From: Candidatus Bathyarchaeota archaeon
GTDB taxonomy: Archaea > Thermoproteota > Bathyarchaeia > Bathyarchaeales > DTEX01
Assembly: GCA_963714275.1 (NCBI GenBank)
Contig: CAVQNT010000003.1
Coordinates: forward strand, 96,001-160,000
DNA length: 64,000 nucleotides
Reading direction: 5' to 3'
The position numbers and the translations under genes are program-made. The notes beneath the pieces are model-generated. The model had not been told where the DNA came from, did no database searches, and saw nothing but the letters and a program-made list of their open reading frames with translations. The stretch's first letter is position 1. Each line of letters starts with the position of its first letter. This document shows positions 32,681 to 42,685 of this stretch, in pieces.

Positions 32681-33732
32681 CGCTTAACGTCGGGTTAACT
32701 TACAACCTGAAAAAACCAGTTGACATGGTTGCGGGGCAACCGGAAGATTTCTACATCGAGTTTGACGATGAAGTGACAGTGGACGCTATAGCAGAGGCTT
32801 TGGGGAAAGGCGGATGCGAAGTAATAAAAATTGAAGCAAACGAAGAAGTATACAGTAAACTCTTGAGCCTAAGACCCGACTTCGTCTTCAACATTGCTGA
32901 GGGAATACGAGGTGAAAGCAGAGAGTCACAGATTCCCGTAATGCTGGAGATGCTTGGGATACCATACACTGGTTCAGGACCGTTAACGCTAGCCATAGCA
33001 TTAGACAAGGCTCTAACTCATCAGGTTCTAAGCGTTAACGGCGTTCCTTCCCCAAACTTTCAGGTGTTTTCGACGCCTAACCAGAAAAGGCAACGTAATC
33101 TTAAATTTCCGCTTGTTGTCAAGCCATTAGCTGAGGGCTCAAGCAAAGGGATCAGAAGCACCTCTCTCGTGAAAGACGAACAAAGCCTGCGGGAACAACT
33201 TTCATGGGTCATAAAGACCTATAAACAACCAGCCATAGTCGAAGAGTTCCTTCCTGGCAGAGAGTTCACGGTTGGCTTAATTGGCAATGATGCCCCCTAT
33301 GTCTTGCCCATAGTAGAAATCCTGCTTGAAAAACTGCCAAGTGGAGCCAGCCCAATATATTCTTACGAAGCAAAGTGGATCTGGGACGTGCCAGAAAAAC
33401 CATTGGACATTTTTAATTGTCCAGCTGACATTCCTGACGAGCTCGAAAAGGAAATACGAAAGACAGCCATTAAAACTTTCAAAGTTCTTAATTGCCGAGA
33501 CCTATGCCGCATGGATGTGAGACTCGACAAGAGTGACAAACCATGTATACTCGAAGTTAATCCTTTACCTGGGTTAATACCTGATCCCGACGCGCATTCC
33601 TGTCTTCCTGAAGCTGCTGGTGAAGCAGGTTTAACTTATGAGCAACTTATTTGCACCGTTTTGTGGCAGGCTCTGAAAAGGTATAATCTTCAACACCTGT
33701 TTAATGACCGTTCGCTTGTATGCCTTTTATAA
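32677..33732 (+). CDS. D-Ala-D-Ala ligase-like ATP-grasp enzyme (paralog 1)
   Basis: FNIAEG, GIPYTGS, VKP..EGSSKGI, EEFLPGREFTV, RMD.R, EVNPLPG. Confidence 0.9.
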   Translation: MTLNVGLTYNLKKPVDMVAGQPEDFYIEFDDEVTVDAIAEALGKGGCEVIKIEANEEVYSKLLSLRPDFVFNIAEGIRGESRESQIPVMLEMLGIPYTGSGPLTLAIALDKALTHQVLSVNGVPSPNFQVFSTPNQKRQRNLKFPLVVKPLAEGSSKGIRSTSLVKDEQSLREQLSWVIKTYKQPAIVEEFLPGREFTVGLIGNDAPYVLPIVEILLEKLPSGASPIYSYEAKWIWDVPEKPLDIFNCPADIPDELEKEIRKTAIKTFKVLNCRDLCRMDVRLDKSDKPCILEVNPLPGLIPDPDAHSCLPEAAGEAGLTYEQLICTVLWQALKRYNLQHLFNDRSLVCLL

Positions 33733-33745
33733 TTGAACTGTAAGG

Positions 33746-34777
33746 TTACTGGCTGCATTGCGATGCCCTATGCAAGGCAAAGTGGATTATTTTTTCGACG
33801 AACTGTTCATACGATAATCCAACAGCCTTCAAGGAACGCGAAAAACCTGCTTCCGGAGAAATGTCTGGGTTAGGGTTAACCTCTAAAATCCACGGCGAAT
33901 TGTCTCTTAGGCGAATGTCGATTCTCGCATAGTCTCTGCAGTAAAGAACCTCAAATGCCTGTAACGCAATCCTTTCAACGTTATTTTTTACTGAAGGGTC
34001 AAGTAAAGCGGGGCACACGGGCTTGGTTTTTTTGTATTCATCGCTTTCCTTAAACCATTTTGCTGAAAAGCCCACTATTTTTGGTTCGTCCTTAAAATCG
34101 AACGTTATCTCAGAGATTGGCAACGCTCTTGGGTTTTCGTTGCCCAATATCGCAACGTTCAGTTCTCTTCCAGCAATGTACTCCTCAACCAAAGCAGGCT
34201 GCTTGTAGCGATTGGTTATGTATTCAACTTGAGCCTTAAGTTCGGCTTCGTTTCTAACATAGCTTTTGTTTGATATGCCAATGCTTGCGTCCTCCCTTAA
34301 AGGTTTTACAAATAGGGGAAACCCTATGTCGTCCTGCAAATTTTGAGGGTTTTCGAGAACCTTGAATTTAGGTGTAGGCAACCCATTTGCTTCCAAAATT
34401 TTTTTAGTAAGCCCTTTATTTTGACACATTCCAAGTGCCAAAGGAGGTGAACCAGTGTAGGGTATGTTTAACAGCTCAAGCATTGATGGTACGTTCAACT
34501 CGTGGTGGCTGTTTCCAAAGGCACCTTCACAAAGGTTTATGACCACGTCAGGTCTGTAATTTTTTAATGCCTTGATTAAAAGTTCGAGGTCAATTTCAAA
34601 AGGCAACATTTGGTATTCGAAGCCCAGTTTATCCAGGGCTTTTTGAACCGATTCTGCTTGTTCCTCAACTTCAGCTTCAGCCACGTAGTCAGAATCTTCA
34701 CCTCTTGGCGGTTCAGCTGGGCGGTTGAAAAGAATACCAACTTTAAGTTTTTTCTTTCGTTTATCGCTTGTGCTCAT
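33746..34777 (-). CDS. D-Ala-D-Ala ligase-like ATP-grasp enzyme (paralog 2)
   Basis: NLCEG, IPYTGS, VKP..EDASIGI, EEYIAGRE, RIDIR, EVNPNPD. Confidence 0.9.
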   Translation of the reverse strand: MSTSDKRKKKLKVGILFNRPAEPPRGEDSDYVAEAEVEEQAESVQKALDKLGFEYQMLPFEIDLELLIKALKNYRPDVVINLCEGAFGNSHHELNVPSMLELLNIPYTGSPPLALGMCQNKGLTKKILEANGLPTPKFKVLENPQNLQDDIGFPLFVKPLREDASIGISNKSYVRNEAELKAQVEYITNRYKQPALVEEYIAGRELNVAILGNENPRALPISEITFDFKDEPKIVGFSAKWFKESDEYKKTKPVCPALLDPSVKNNVERIALQAFEVLYCRDYARIDIRLRDNSPWILEVNPNPDISPEAGFSRSLKAVGLSYEQFVEKIIHFALHRASQCSQ

Positions 34778-34938
34778 TCTCTTTTCATCCTAAATTACGA
34801 AGTAATGAATGTCTTAACATTTAACATTTAATTACTAAATTTATTGGACTTTCTTGAAGATAAGGAAAAACAAAACGTCAAGATAAAGCTTAAATAATTC
34901 CACTTTGGTCTCTTGTTTTATCCCTTTGGAGGGACGCT

Positions 34939-35490
34939 TTGAAACCTGAAATTATTAACGCAAAACAAACTAAACTTAAAGTTAAAGACATCAAAGCCAT
35001 CGCTGAAATAGAGTGTCACGAAAAAGTTCGCGGCTGGCTCATTATACGCGTCGAGAACGACGTTGAAAGAGAGTACCTATCCTATAGAAGATTCTTTCGA
35101 AACTTGCCAAAAAACAGAAGAGCCGAAATCCTCGTAGCTAAACAAGATGACAGAGTCGCTGGATTCCTGGGATTATGGCGGTTGGGAGGATACATGGACC
35201 ATGTTGCAGCCATAGGTGTCAGCGTTCACCCCGATTTTTGGGGAAAAAAAATCGCCACACACCTCATGAAGGCAGCAATCAAACTTGCAAAAAAGAACGG
35301 ACTTCTTAGGTTAGAAATTGAAACTCGTTCAGACAACACAGCAATGCGGCACGTGGCAGAGAAGTCAGGATTCAAACTTGAAAAGTTAAGGCGTAAACGA
35401 ATTCGGAAGAACGGGTCCTTCTTTGACGAAGCCTCATATTACTTACTTATCGACAATGCGGTCCCAGGGAAACTAAGACGAAAGGAATAG
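34939..35490 (+). CDS. GNAT family N-acetyltransferase
   Basis: VSVHPDFWGKKIA, NTAM..AEKSGF. Confidence 0.88.
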   Translation: MKPEIINAKQTKLKVKDIKAIAEIECHEKVRGWLIIRVENDVEREYLSYRRFFRNLPKNRRAEILVAKQDDRVAGFLGLWRLGGYMDHVAAIGVSVHPDFWGKKIATHLMKAAIKLAKKNGLLRLEIETRSDNTAMRHVAEKSGFKLEKLRRKRIRKNGSFFDEASYYLLIDNAVPGKLRRKE

Positions 35491-35635
35491 ATTTCGGAAA
35501 CGATTATATTTATATGAAACCAGCAATTTCAATAGTGAATAATTGTTTGCTGGAGGAAAGGTGGTTCAAACGTTACCGCAACACCGTCATCGCCAAGTAC
35601 TTTAGCCCATTTTGGGCCTCCCTCTAGTATGATTC

Positions 35636-38149
35636 ATGAATCTTCTTTCCCAACTCGAAAAAATTTATTTAAACATCGTGACCGTTATGAAGACTGAAGA
35701 CTCTCAGATGTTCAAGCCCAGTTTAGTCGTGAAGACTTGGGACCCCAAGATTGAACCAGTCTTGTTCCAGAAGTGGCAAGAAGAAGGAATTTTCAGGTTT
35801 GACGAGGTAAGTGAAAAACCAACCTTTAGCATTGACACCCCGCCTCCATACGTGAACACTCCCGTTCACATCGGTCAAGCTTACACGTACACTTGGATGG
35901 ACATTTTCGCAAGATACAAACGGATGACTGGACACAACGTGCTGTTTCCGATGGGGTTGGACAAGAACGGCTTACCAGTAGAGGTTCAGACTGAAAAGAT
36001 TTTTAGAATTTCCATGCATGAGACTCCCCGAGAAGAGTTCATCGAGAAATGCAGGAAAATACTTGGGGAAAGCGGAGACAAGTCTCTGGATACTTTCAAA
36101 AGGTTAGGTTTGAGCTGCAACTCTTGGTCTCTTGAACATAGGATCGGCGGCAGATACGAGACCGATGACCCAGAATACAGGAGGCTCACGCAGCAGACTT
36201 TCATTGATTTCTGGAACAAGGGATTCATCTACGAAGACGAGAAGACAACAAACTATTGTCCAATCTGCGGAACCACAATTTCGGACGCCGAGGTTGAGTA
36301 TGAAGAGAAAGAAACAGAACTGAATTACGTAAAGTTCAAGATTCAAGAAACTGGGCAAGATCTCGCCATAGCGACAACGAGACCAGAGCTCCTGTGTTCG
36401 TGCCGAACCGTAATTTATAATCCAGACGATGAACGGTACAAAAACCTCGAAGGCAAACACGTTATAGTGCCCATTTACGGACACGCAGTCAAGATTCAAC
36501 CTCACCCTTACGCTAAGACCGAGTTTGGTTCAGGATTAGTTATGATATGCAGTTTCGGCGACTACGGAGACGTCCGCATTCTGAGGGAAATGAACCTAGA
36601 CCCAGTTTACGCAATAGACCCGAAGGGTAAAATGAACTCGAACGCGGGCAAATACAGTGGTCTATCAGTCCGAGAAGCAAAGAAACAAATCATTGAAGAC
36701 TTGAAAACGCAAGGTTTGCTTTTGAAGACAGAGAAAATTGTGCAGAGGAGACCGATTTGTTGGAGGTCTAAGAATCCGATTGAGTTTGTTCCGATGAAAG
36801 AGATTTACCTGAAACAAGTTGAGTCGAAGGATGACCTTTTACGGATGGCTGACCAAATGGCTTTCTTTGCACCCGAAAGCAAGCAGATTCTCATCGACTG
36901 GATAAACTCGGTTGGCATAGACTGGGTCATCTCGAGGCGTCGTTACTACGGAACCGAAATTCCATTGTGGTATTGCGTGAACTGCGGATTCGTCTTTGTG
37001 CCACAGCCCGGAAGATATTTTCAGCCTTGGAGAGAGAAGCCTCCCATAGACGAATGCCCAAAATGCGGTTCAACCGAGTTCAGGGGCGAAGAAAGAACGT
37101 TCGACACGTGGTTCGATTCAGCCACGTCCGAAGCCTACATACTCGGATTCCTTTGGAACAAAGCGTTCTTTGAAAAAAACTTTCCGTGCAGCCTTCGCCC
37201 TCAGGGAAAAGAGATCGTCAGAAACTGGCTTTACTTCACAATGCTGAAGTCGCATCTGCTCTTCAACAAAGCGCCCTTCCGTGACGCTTGGATACACATG
37301 CATGTCGTCGACGAAGAGGGCAGAAAAATCAGCAAAAGCGACCCCAAAACCTGGATTGACCCGCAGGAAGCCATCAACAGGTTTGGTTCCGAAGCCTTCC
37401 GAGTTTGGTCAGCCTTAGAGGGTAACATCACCAAAGGCGATATACGGTGTTCGTTTGAAAGGATTCGGGGGAATTCCAAGTTCCTAACAAAACTTTGGAA
37501 CATTGCTAGGTACATCTCGTCATTCCCGCAAACATCAGAAGGTTACAGGCTAGCTGCATTGGACCTGATGATTTTGGCAAAACTTAACGAACTCGTTGCT
37601 GAATGCGTCATAGGGTATGAGGATATGAATGCATTTACTGCAGCAACTGCCATTCGGACTTTCACGTGGAACCTTTTCGCGGACCATTATGTAGAGGCAG
37701 TGAAGTCTCGAGCCTACAACAGAGACGGAGTGTTCGATTCGGAACTTCAGAAAGGCGCATGGTTCACTCTGCACAAATGCTTGGAAACAATCCTGAAATT
37801 GTTGGCTCCTACCTGTCCATTCATAACTGAGGCTTTATGGCTTGAACTCTATCAAAAAAAGAGCATCCACGTTCAGGATTTTCCTAAAGAGACCCCTGAA
37901 TGGAAAAGTGAACTTGCAGAACTGTTTCCAGGACTTGTGGAATTCAATAATGCAGTCTGGCGTTACAAAAAAAGCCGAGGGCTAGCCCTAAGCGAGGAAC
38001 TAGCAACATCCATTTATGCGCCATATAAGCTTGGACCCTTGAAAGAAGACCTTAAAGTCATGCATAAGATTCCGAACCTTGTCTTCGGAAAGCCTGAGAA
38101 CCAAGAAATATTTGAAGAGTTGTCCGAAGGCATCTTCGTCGCGAAGTAA
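35636..38149 (+). CDS. valS: Valine--tRNA ligase (true start probably slightly downstream)
   Basis: FSIDTPPPY, HIGQ, ATTRPEL, DWVISRRRYYG, DTWFDS, KISKS. Confidence 0.95.
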   Translation: MNLLSQLEKIYLNIVTVMKTEDSQMFKPSLVVKTWDPKIEPVLFQKWQEEGIFRFDEVSEKPTFSIDTPPPYVNTPVHIGQAYTYTWMDIFARYKRMTGHNVLFPMGLDKNGLPVEVQTEKIFRISMHETPREEFIEKCRKILGESGDKSLDTFKRLGLSCNSWSLEHRIGGRYETDDPEYRRLTQQTFIDFWNKGFIYEDEKTTNYCPICGTTISDAEVEYEEKETELNYVKFKIQETGQDLAIATTRPELLCSCRTVIYNPDDERYKNLEGKHVIVPIYGHAVKIQPHPYAKTEFGSGLVMICSFGDYGDVRILREMNLDPVYAIDPKGKMNSNAGKYSGLSVREAKKQIIEDLKTQGLLLKTEKIVQRRPICWRSKNPIEFVPMKEIYLKQVESKDDLLRMADQMAFFAPESKQILIDWINSVGIDWVISRRRYYGTEIPLWYCVNCGFVFVPQPGRYFQPWREKPPIDECPKCGSTEFRGEERTFDTWFDSATSEAYILGFLWNKAFFEKNFPCSLRPQGKEIVRNWLYFTMLKSHLLFNKAPFRDAWIHMHVVDEEGRKISKSDPKTWIDPQEAINRFGSEAFRVWSALEGNITKGDIRCSFERIRGNSKFLTKLWNIARYISSFPQTSEGYRLAALDLMILAKLNELVAECVIGYEDMNAFTAATAIRTFTWNLFADHYVEAVKSRAYNRDGVFDSELQKGAWFTLHKCLETILKLLAPTCPFITEALWLELYQKKSIHVQDFPKETPEWKSELAELFPGLVEFNNAVWRYKKSRGLALSEELATSIYAPYKLGPLKEDLKVMHKIPNLVFGKPENQEIFEELSEGIFVAK

Positions 38150-38175
38150 TCCGAATAAAACAATTTAACTGAAAG

Positions 38176-39006
38176 CTAAGGTTCCATGAAACTAGTTAAG
38201 TCTGCCTGTTCATTGGGTTTACTAAAGAGGATTTTTTCGGCAAAGGCTATGCGCATTCCGTCCTTGGCAGCTTTCGTCGTTGTTCCAGTTGATTCCTGTA
38301 TTAAGGATGCTTCGCCGTCCGGTCCCTTAATTATCATCAGCGTTCCAAGATGCGTCATTACAGCCATCTCTGGGCGAACCTCGTTTATGATTTTTACCGC
38401 GTCATCAGTTGACATGTGTCCTTTCCACGGTTTACCTGACGGTCTCAGAACCGAGAGAATTAGGAGCCTTACTCCCTTGAGGGAGTCGCTGATTCCTTCA
38501 TAATATTCCGAGTCAGGCATGTACGCAAAAGACCCAAAGTTTCCCGTCTCGAACCGGAACCCAACAGTCTCTGGGTCGGAATGCACAGCCTTGCAGACCT
38601 TAACGTTAACATTGCCTATGGTGAAGGTGCCTCCAGCTTTGGCTTCAATGATTCTTTCTGGAAGATTTAAGTGATAATGGGAGATTGCCTTGTCGCATAT
38701 TTCGTTCCCGTAAAGGACGCTGTGAGAAGCAGCCAGAAAACCGTGCTTTCTGGTTCCTCCATCAGTCATGGCTTCTATCAGAACCGCAGCGTCATTCGTG
38801 TGATCTATGTGGGAATGCGACACGATTATCCCGTCTAGTTTCTGTGGGTCGAGTCCTGCCTCCAAAGAATAGATCAGAGCTCCGGGACCGGGATCCAAGT
38901 GGACATTCAGTTCTTCTGAGAGTATGCGGATGCCGCCTGTTCGCAGCTTCTGCGTTATCGTTGCGAACCGACCTCCGCCCGTGCCAAGAAAAATTATTTC
39001 AAGCAT
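38176..39006 (-). CDS. MBL-fold metallo-hydrolase
   Basis: FLGTGGGR, DPGPG, HSHIDH. Confidence 0.9.
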   Translation of the reverse strand: MLEIIFLGTGGGRFATITQKLRTGGIRILSEELNVHLDPGPGALIYSLEAGLDPQKLDGIIVSHSHIDHTNDAAVLIEAMTDGGTRKHGFLAASHSVLYGNEICDKAISHYHLNLPERIIEAKAGGTFTIGNVNVKVCKAVHSDPETVGFRFETGNFGSFAYMPDSEYYEGISDSLKGVRLLILSVLRPSGKPWKGHMSTDDAVKIINEVRPEMAVMTHLGTLMIIKGPDGEASLIQESTGTTTKAAKDGMRIAFAEKILFSKPNEQADLTSFMEP

Positions 39007-39157
39007 AGCAATCTTCGCCTTTGATGCAGCCTTAGTTTCTCACATACCTTTATGATGGACGTTTAATAGTTAAACAAACCCATAAAGCAAGCGTTCTGAA
39101 TTGCCACTTGCGGAAAGAGTATGATATTTATACTCAGAAAATCAGAAAGATTGTCTG

Positions 39158-39841
39158 GTGCAATTCATGAGAGTCGTCATACGGATTGGCGGTTCAGTTG
39201 TCGCTTCGCCGCCAAACCCCCAGCTTATACAGAAATATGCTGAGGTTATCAATCGCTTAAGGGCGCAAGGTCACGAATTGGTCATAATCGTCGGCGGAGG
39301 CGCCCCTGCCAGACAATACATTCAACATGCAAAAGACGTGGGACTGACGGAACAAGAACAGGACGAGGTCGCAATAACGGTTTCCAGATTGTTCGCCCAA
39401 TTGTTAGCAATGAAACTGGGAGGTCTAGAATGGAAAAATGTTCCGACGTCGTTAGAGGATGCTCAAGAGCTGCTTTCAGAAAGGGGAATTGTTGTGATGG
39501 GAGGACTAAAGCCCGGTATGACGACTGACACAGTTGCTGCAATGGTTGCCTCGCAGGTGGGCGCTGATTTTATTGTTAAATCCACTGATCAAGATGGTGT
39601 TTATACAAAGGACCCGAAAAAACACGCTGACGCCCGTAAAATCGACACATTAGGCTTTGATGAATTGAGTCAGCTCATGGAGCAAGACAGGCACAAAGCG
39701 GGAATTCATCAGATAATTGACCCAGAGGCTGTTCGTTTACTTAAAGCGAAACACATAAAGACCTTTGTCGTCAATGGAGCAAACCCCGACAATCTGATTG
39801 CCGTATTGGAGGGCAAAAAAGTCGGGACAACGATCCAATGA
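39158..39841 (+). CDS. pyrH: Uridylate kinase
   Basis: RIGGSV, VGGG..ARQY, GG..PG.TTD, DGVY.KDP. Confidence 0.93.
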   Translation: MQFMRVVIRIGGSVVASPPNPQLIQKYAEVINRLRAQGHELVIIVGGGAPARQYIQHAKDVGLTEQEQDEVAITVSRLFAQLLAMKLGGLEWKNVPTSLEDAQELLSERGIVVMGGLKPGMTTDTVAAMVASQVGADFIVKSTDQDGVYTKDPKKHADARKIDTLGFDELSQLMEQDRHKAGIHQIIDPEAVRLLKAKHIKTFVVNGANPDNLIAVLEGKKVGTTIQ

Positions 39842-39881
39842 TGGATTTGTTTTATTGTTTAAATTTTTTAAGCTATCATGT

Positions 39882-41219
39882 TTAGGTATGAACTTTTTCA
39901 ACCTCTCCTTGAAGCACCTTTAAAGCTAAATTGAACGTTTTTTTGGCTAAGTTTGAGATTTGGCTGTTGTTGTAGCCGACAACGTAGCTTTCCACCCGGT
40001 TGTTTAGTGGATCAATCCATTTTTCTGGCAATTTTTTCGCTCCTAACATGACACCGAGGATTGACCCTGTGGTTGCGCCGTTGCAATCTGTGTCCCATCC
40101 GCCCATGACGCTGATGGCTATGCTTTTTTCGTAGTCTCCTTTCCCGTGCAGCAGCCCCAAGAGGACAAGTGCAGCGTTGTTTATCGTGTGAACTCCGTGG
40201 TAGTGACCGTATTTTGCGTTGATTTGTTGCCAAGTGTCTCTCCAGTCATTATTTTTTTTGCTCCAAGCAACCACGTTCTTCATGGCTTCAGCGAGTCTAG
40301 ATTTCATTGGTATTTCTGAAAGCCCAATGTCGATTACTTCTTCGATGCTACTGGTTGTGAACGCTGCGCTGATCATGGCGCTCACGAACATTTCGCCGTA
40401 AATCCCGTTTTTCACGTGAGACAAGCTGGCGTCTCTGTATGCAAGTTCAGCTCCCAGTTCAGGCATTCCGGGCGTCACGTAACCAAACATGTCTGCTCGA
40501 ATTTGAGCACCAATCCATTCGCGGTACGGGTTCACGTAAGAGGCTGTTTCTGGCGGAACAAACCCGTTAACGAGGTTTCTGTAGGCTACTCGCTCAGCAG
40601 TGTAGACTTTATTGTATGGGAGGTTTTCAAGCCAGTTGTTTCCCACATCCATTGCTGAAAAGTTGAATCCTTTGGTTTCGAGAAGGTGAAGGTTAATTAT
40701 CGGATAATCTATGTCGTCGTCACGCGACATGTGGGTAATGTGCCCCGACAATACTTCCATCCATGAAGCTCGACGTTTCAGCCAGTCTGGAACAGCCTTA
40801 GTTTCTGGTAGATGCGGAAAATAGTCGTTAAGCGGATATGCGTCTGCAAGTTTCAGCCACTCCTCAATCTTTTCTTTATGTAAACCTTCAACTGGTTTCC
40901 CGAGAAGACAACCAGCGCATCGCCCCAACCACCCACCGTAAATCTTGTCAAAAATCTGTTCTTCAGAAAGTTTGAGGCCTATTTTTCTTGGACCTTTCGG
41001 GCGTTCATCTCTTATTCCTTCAAGGTCTGAGGGTTCAGCGTAAGGAAAATCGGTTCTTGGGGAGAGTTTAGAGACATTTTTTAATACAGCTTCGAGTTTG
41101 GATTGATTTTTTCCTGTAATGTTTTCTAACACTTTTCTGGCTTCTGCGACGTCGCAGCCTTCTTCTTCTCTCTGGGTGATCTCTTCTTTAACTAGTCCTT
41201 CGAGTTCTTCGTACCTCAT
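39882..41219 (-). CDS. ADP-ribosylglycohydrolase family protein
   Basis: G.LLGKPVEG, DDDIDY, EWIGAQIRAD, SH..NGIYG, GWDTDCNGAT. Confidence 0.9.
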   Translation of the reverse strand: MRYEELEGLVKEEITQREEEGCDVAEARKVLENITGKNQSKLEAVLKNVSKLSPRTDFPYAEPSDLEGIRDERPKGPRKIGLKLSEEQIFDKIYGGWLGRCAGCLLGKPVEGLHKEKIEEWLKLADAYPLNDYFPHLPETKAVPDWLKRRASWMEVLSGHITHMSRDDDIDYPIINLHLLETKGFNFSAMDVGNNWLENLPYNKVYTAERVAYRNLVNGFVPPETASYVNPYREWIGAQIRADMFGYVTPGMPELGAELAYRDASLSHVKNGIYGEMFVSAMISAAFTTSSIEEVIDIGLSEIPMKSRLAEAMKNVVAWSKKNNDWRDTWQQINAKYGHYHGVHTINNAALVLLGLLHGKGDYEKSIAISVMGGWDTDCNGATTGSILGVMLGAKKLPEKWIDPLNNRVESYVVGYNNSQISNLAKKTFNLALKVLQGEVEKVHT

Positions 41220-41319
41220 TGCGGACTCCTCAATATCCTATGTTAGGGGATTGAGGAAATAAATCTTGGCGGAAACAATTAAAACTTAATATAACATAAT
41301 TCAGAATGGTGCAAAGAGA

Positions 41320-42423
41320 TTGAGGTCTCGAGCGAATCTAAAGTTCCGTCACAAGTTCATTGACAGGCACACGATTGTTTCCGGGAACTCTGTTTGTTTG
41401 GTCGCCGATTTCAACGGCGATGGCTTCAACGATGTGGTCGTAGGTAGCTACGCGAACCCTCCGACCGAGGAGGGGTATTTGGTTCTGTACGAGTATCCGA
41501 AATGGACGAAACGTTACATTGCTAGGGCAAATTTGGAGGCAGGCAGCGCTGTTATGGATTTGAATAATGATGGACGATTAGACATTGTTGCGGGACAGCC
41601 ATATTACGGTCATGAGCTTTACTGGTTTGAGAATCCTTCTGACCCAACTGAAGTTTGGACACGGCGCGTGATTGACAACAGCCTCCATAAATACCACGAT
41701 CAGGCAGTCGGAGACGTAGACAACGACGGAGAAGACGAGATTCTTGTTCCCTCGCAGCTGGCAAAGGTTCTGGTCTACTACGATGTTCCCTCTGACCCAA
41801 CGGTTTCTCCTTGGCCTAAGGAGTGCCGCCACCTCATCTGTGGCAACATAAGCATTGAGGGCTTAGCCGTCGCCGACCTTGACGGAGACGGACTGAACGA
41901 AGTTGTAGCGGGACCAAACATTTTCAAGCCGCCAAAAACGCAGAAAGGGAAATGGTCACGCACAATCCTGAAAGAGTTTCACGCACGAACCTACGCAGGT
42001 TTCGTGTTTTCTGAAACTAGGGTTCAGGCAGCTGACGTGAACGGAGACGGCGTCCTCGACCTAGTGATGACTGAGGCTGAAAGCGACATCGGAAGGCTAG
42101 TTTGGTTCGAGAGTCCAGACTGGAAGATGCATGTTATAGCCGATAATTTGTTTCATCCTCACAGTCTCGCAGCGGCAGACTTCAACAAGGACGGACGCGT
42201 GGACATTTTCGTTGGCGAGATGGGTCTTGGAAGGCGCGAGAATCCTAGGTTGCTGATTTATCTCAACAATGGCGATGGCTCATTTACTGAGCACCTTGTC
42301 TCTAAAGGAATTCCGACTCACGAAGCGAAGGTGGCAGACTTCGGGAAAAAGGGAAAACTGAGCATCGTAGGCAAGCCCTACATGCCGCTGACGCAGGTGG
42401 ACCTCTGGGAAAATGTTTCGTAG
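41320..42423 (+). CDS. FG-GAP/VCBS repeat beta-propeller protein
   Basis: Repeated D(F/L/V)NGDG..D(I/V)V motifs; no clear signal peptide. Confidence 0.88.
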   Translation: MRSRANLKFRHKFIDRHTIVSGNSVCLVADFNGDGFNDVVVGSYANPPTEEGYLVLYEYPKWTKRYIARANLEAGSAVMDLNNDGRLDIVAGQPYYGHELYWFENPSDPTEVWTRRVIDNSLHKYHDQAVGDVDNDGEDEILVPSQLAKVLVYYDVPSDPTVSPWPKECRHLICGNISIEGLAVADLDGDGLNEVVAGPNIFKPPKTQKGKWSRTILKEFHARTYAGFVFSETRVQAADVNGDGVLDLVMTEAESDIGRLVWFESPDWKMHVIADNLFHPHSLAAADFNKDGRVDIFVGEMGLGRRENPRLLIYLNNGDGSFTEHLVSKGIPTHEAKVADFGKKGKLSIVGKPYMPLTQVDLWENVS

Positions 42424-42492
42424 CACGGAAAACCGTAGAGAGACCTGATTGGAAAAGAATAATAGAATCATACATTTTTATTAAACAAACAC

Positions 42493-42631
42493 GCGGGGGT
42501 CGCAGAGCTAGGTCAACCCTTTCAAAAAAAGGACCATATGCGCGGAGCAACAGGGCAAAACCCCCATGCACGCAGGACTCAAGATCCCGTCCCGAAGGGG
42601 TTCGTGGGTTCAAATCCCATCCCCCGCACCA
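42493..42631 (+). tRNA. tRNA-Leu(CAA) with two non-canonical introns (21/22 and 29/30), encoded CCA
   Basis: Removing 42517-42537 and 42546-42575 gives an 88-nt cloverleaf: acceptor GCGGGGG/CCCCCGC, D-stem GCA/TGC, anticodon stem CGGGA/TCCCG with CAA at 42580-42582, long variable arm, TTCAAAT T-loop. Confidence 0.9.
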
Positions 42632-42685
42632 TTCAATGACCTTTGTATGGTTTTTTACAGAATTTTCTGATGTGAACGCGAAAAA

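Noticed and set aside
32677-34777. True ddl genes / peptidoglycan synthesis
   Set aside because: Ddl N-terminal GGxSxE motif absent, no mur genes, archaeal context
42475-42486. TTTTTATTAAAC as the tRNA TATA box
   Set aside because: It ends only 6 nt before the tRNA 5' end, too close for normal archaeal promoter spacing
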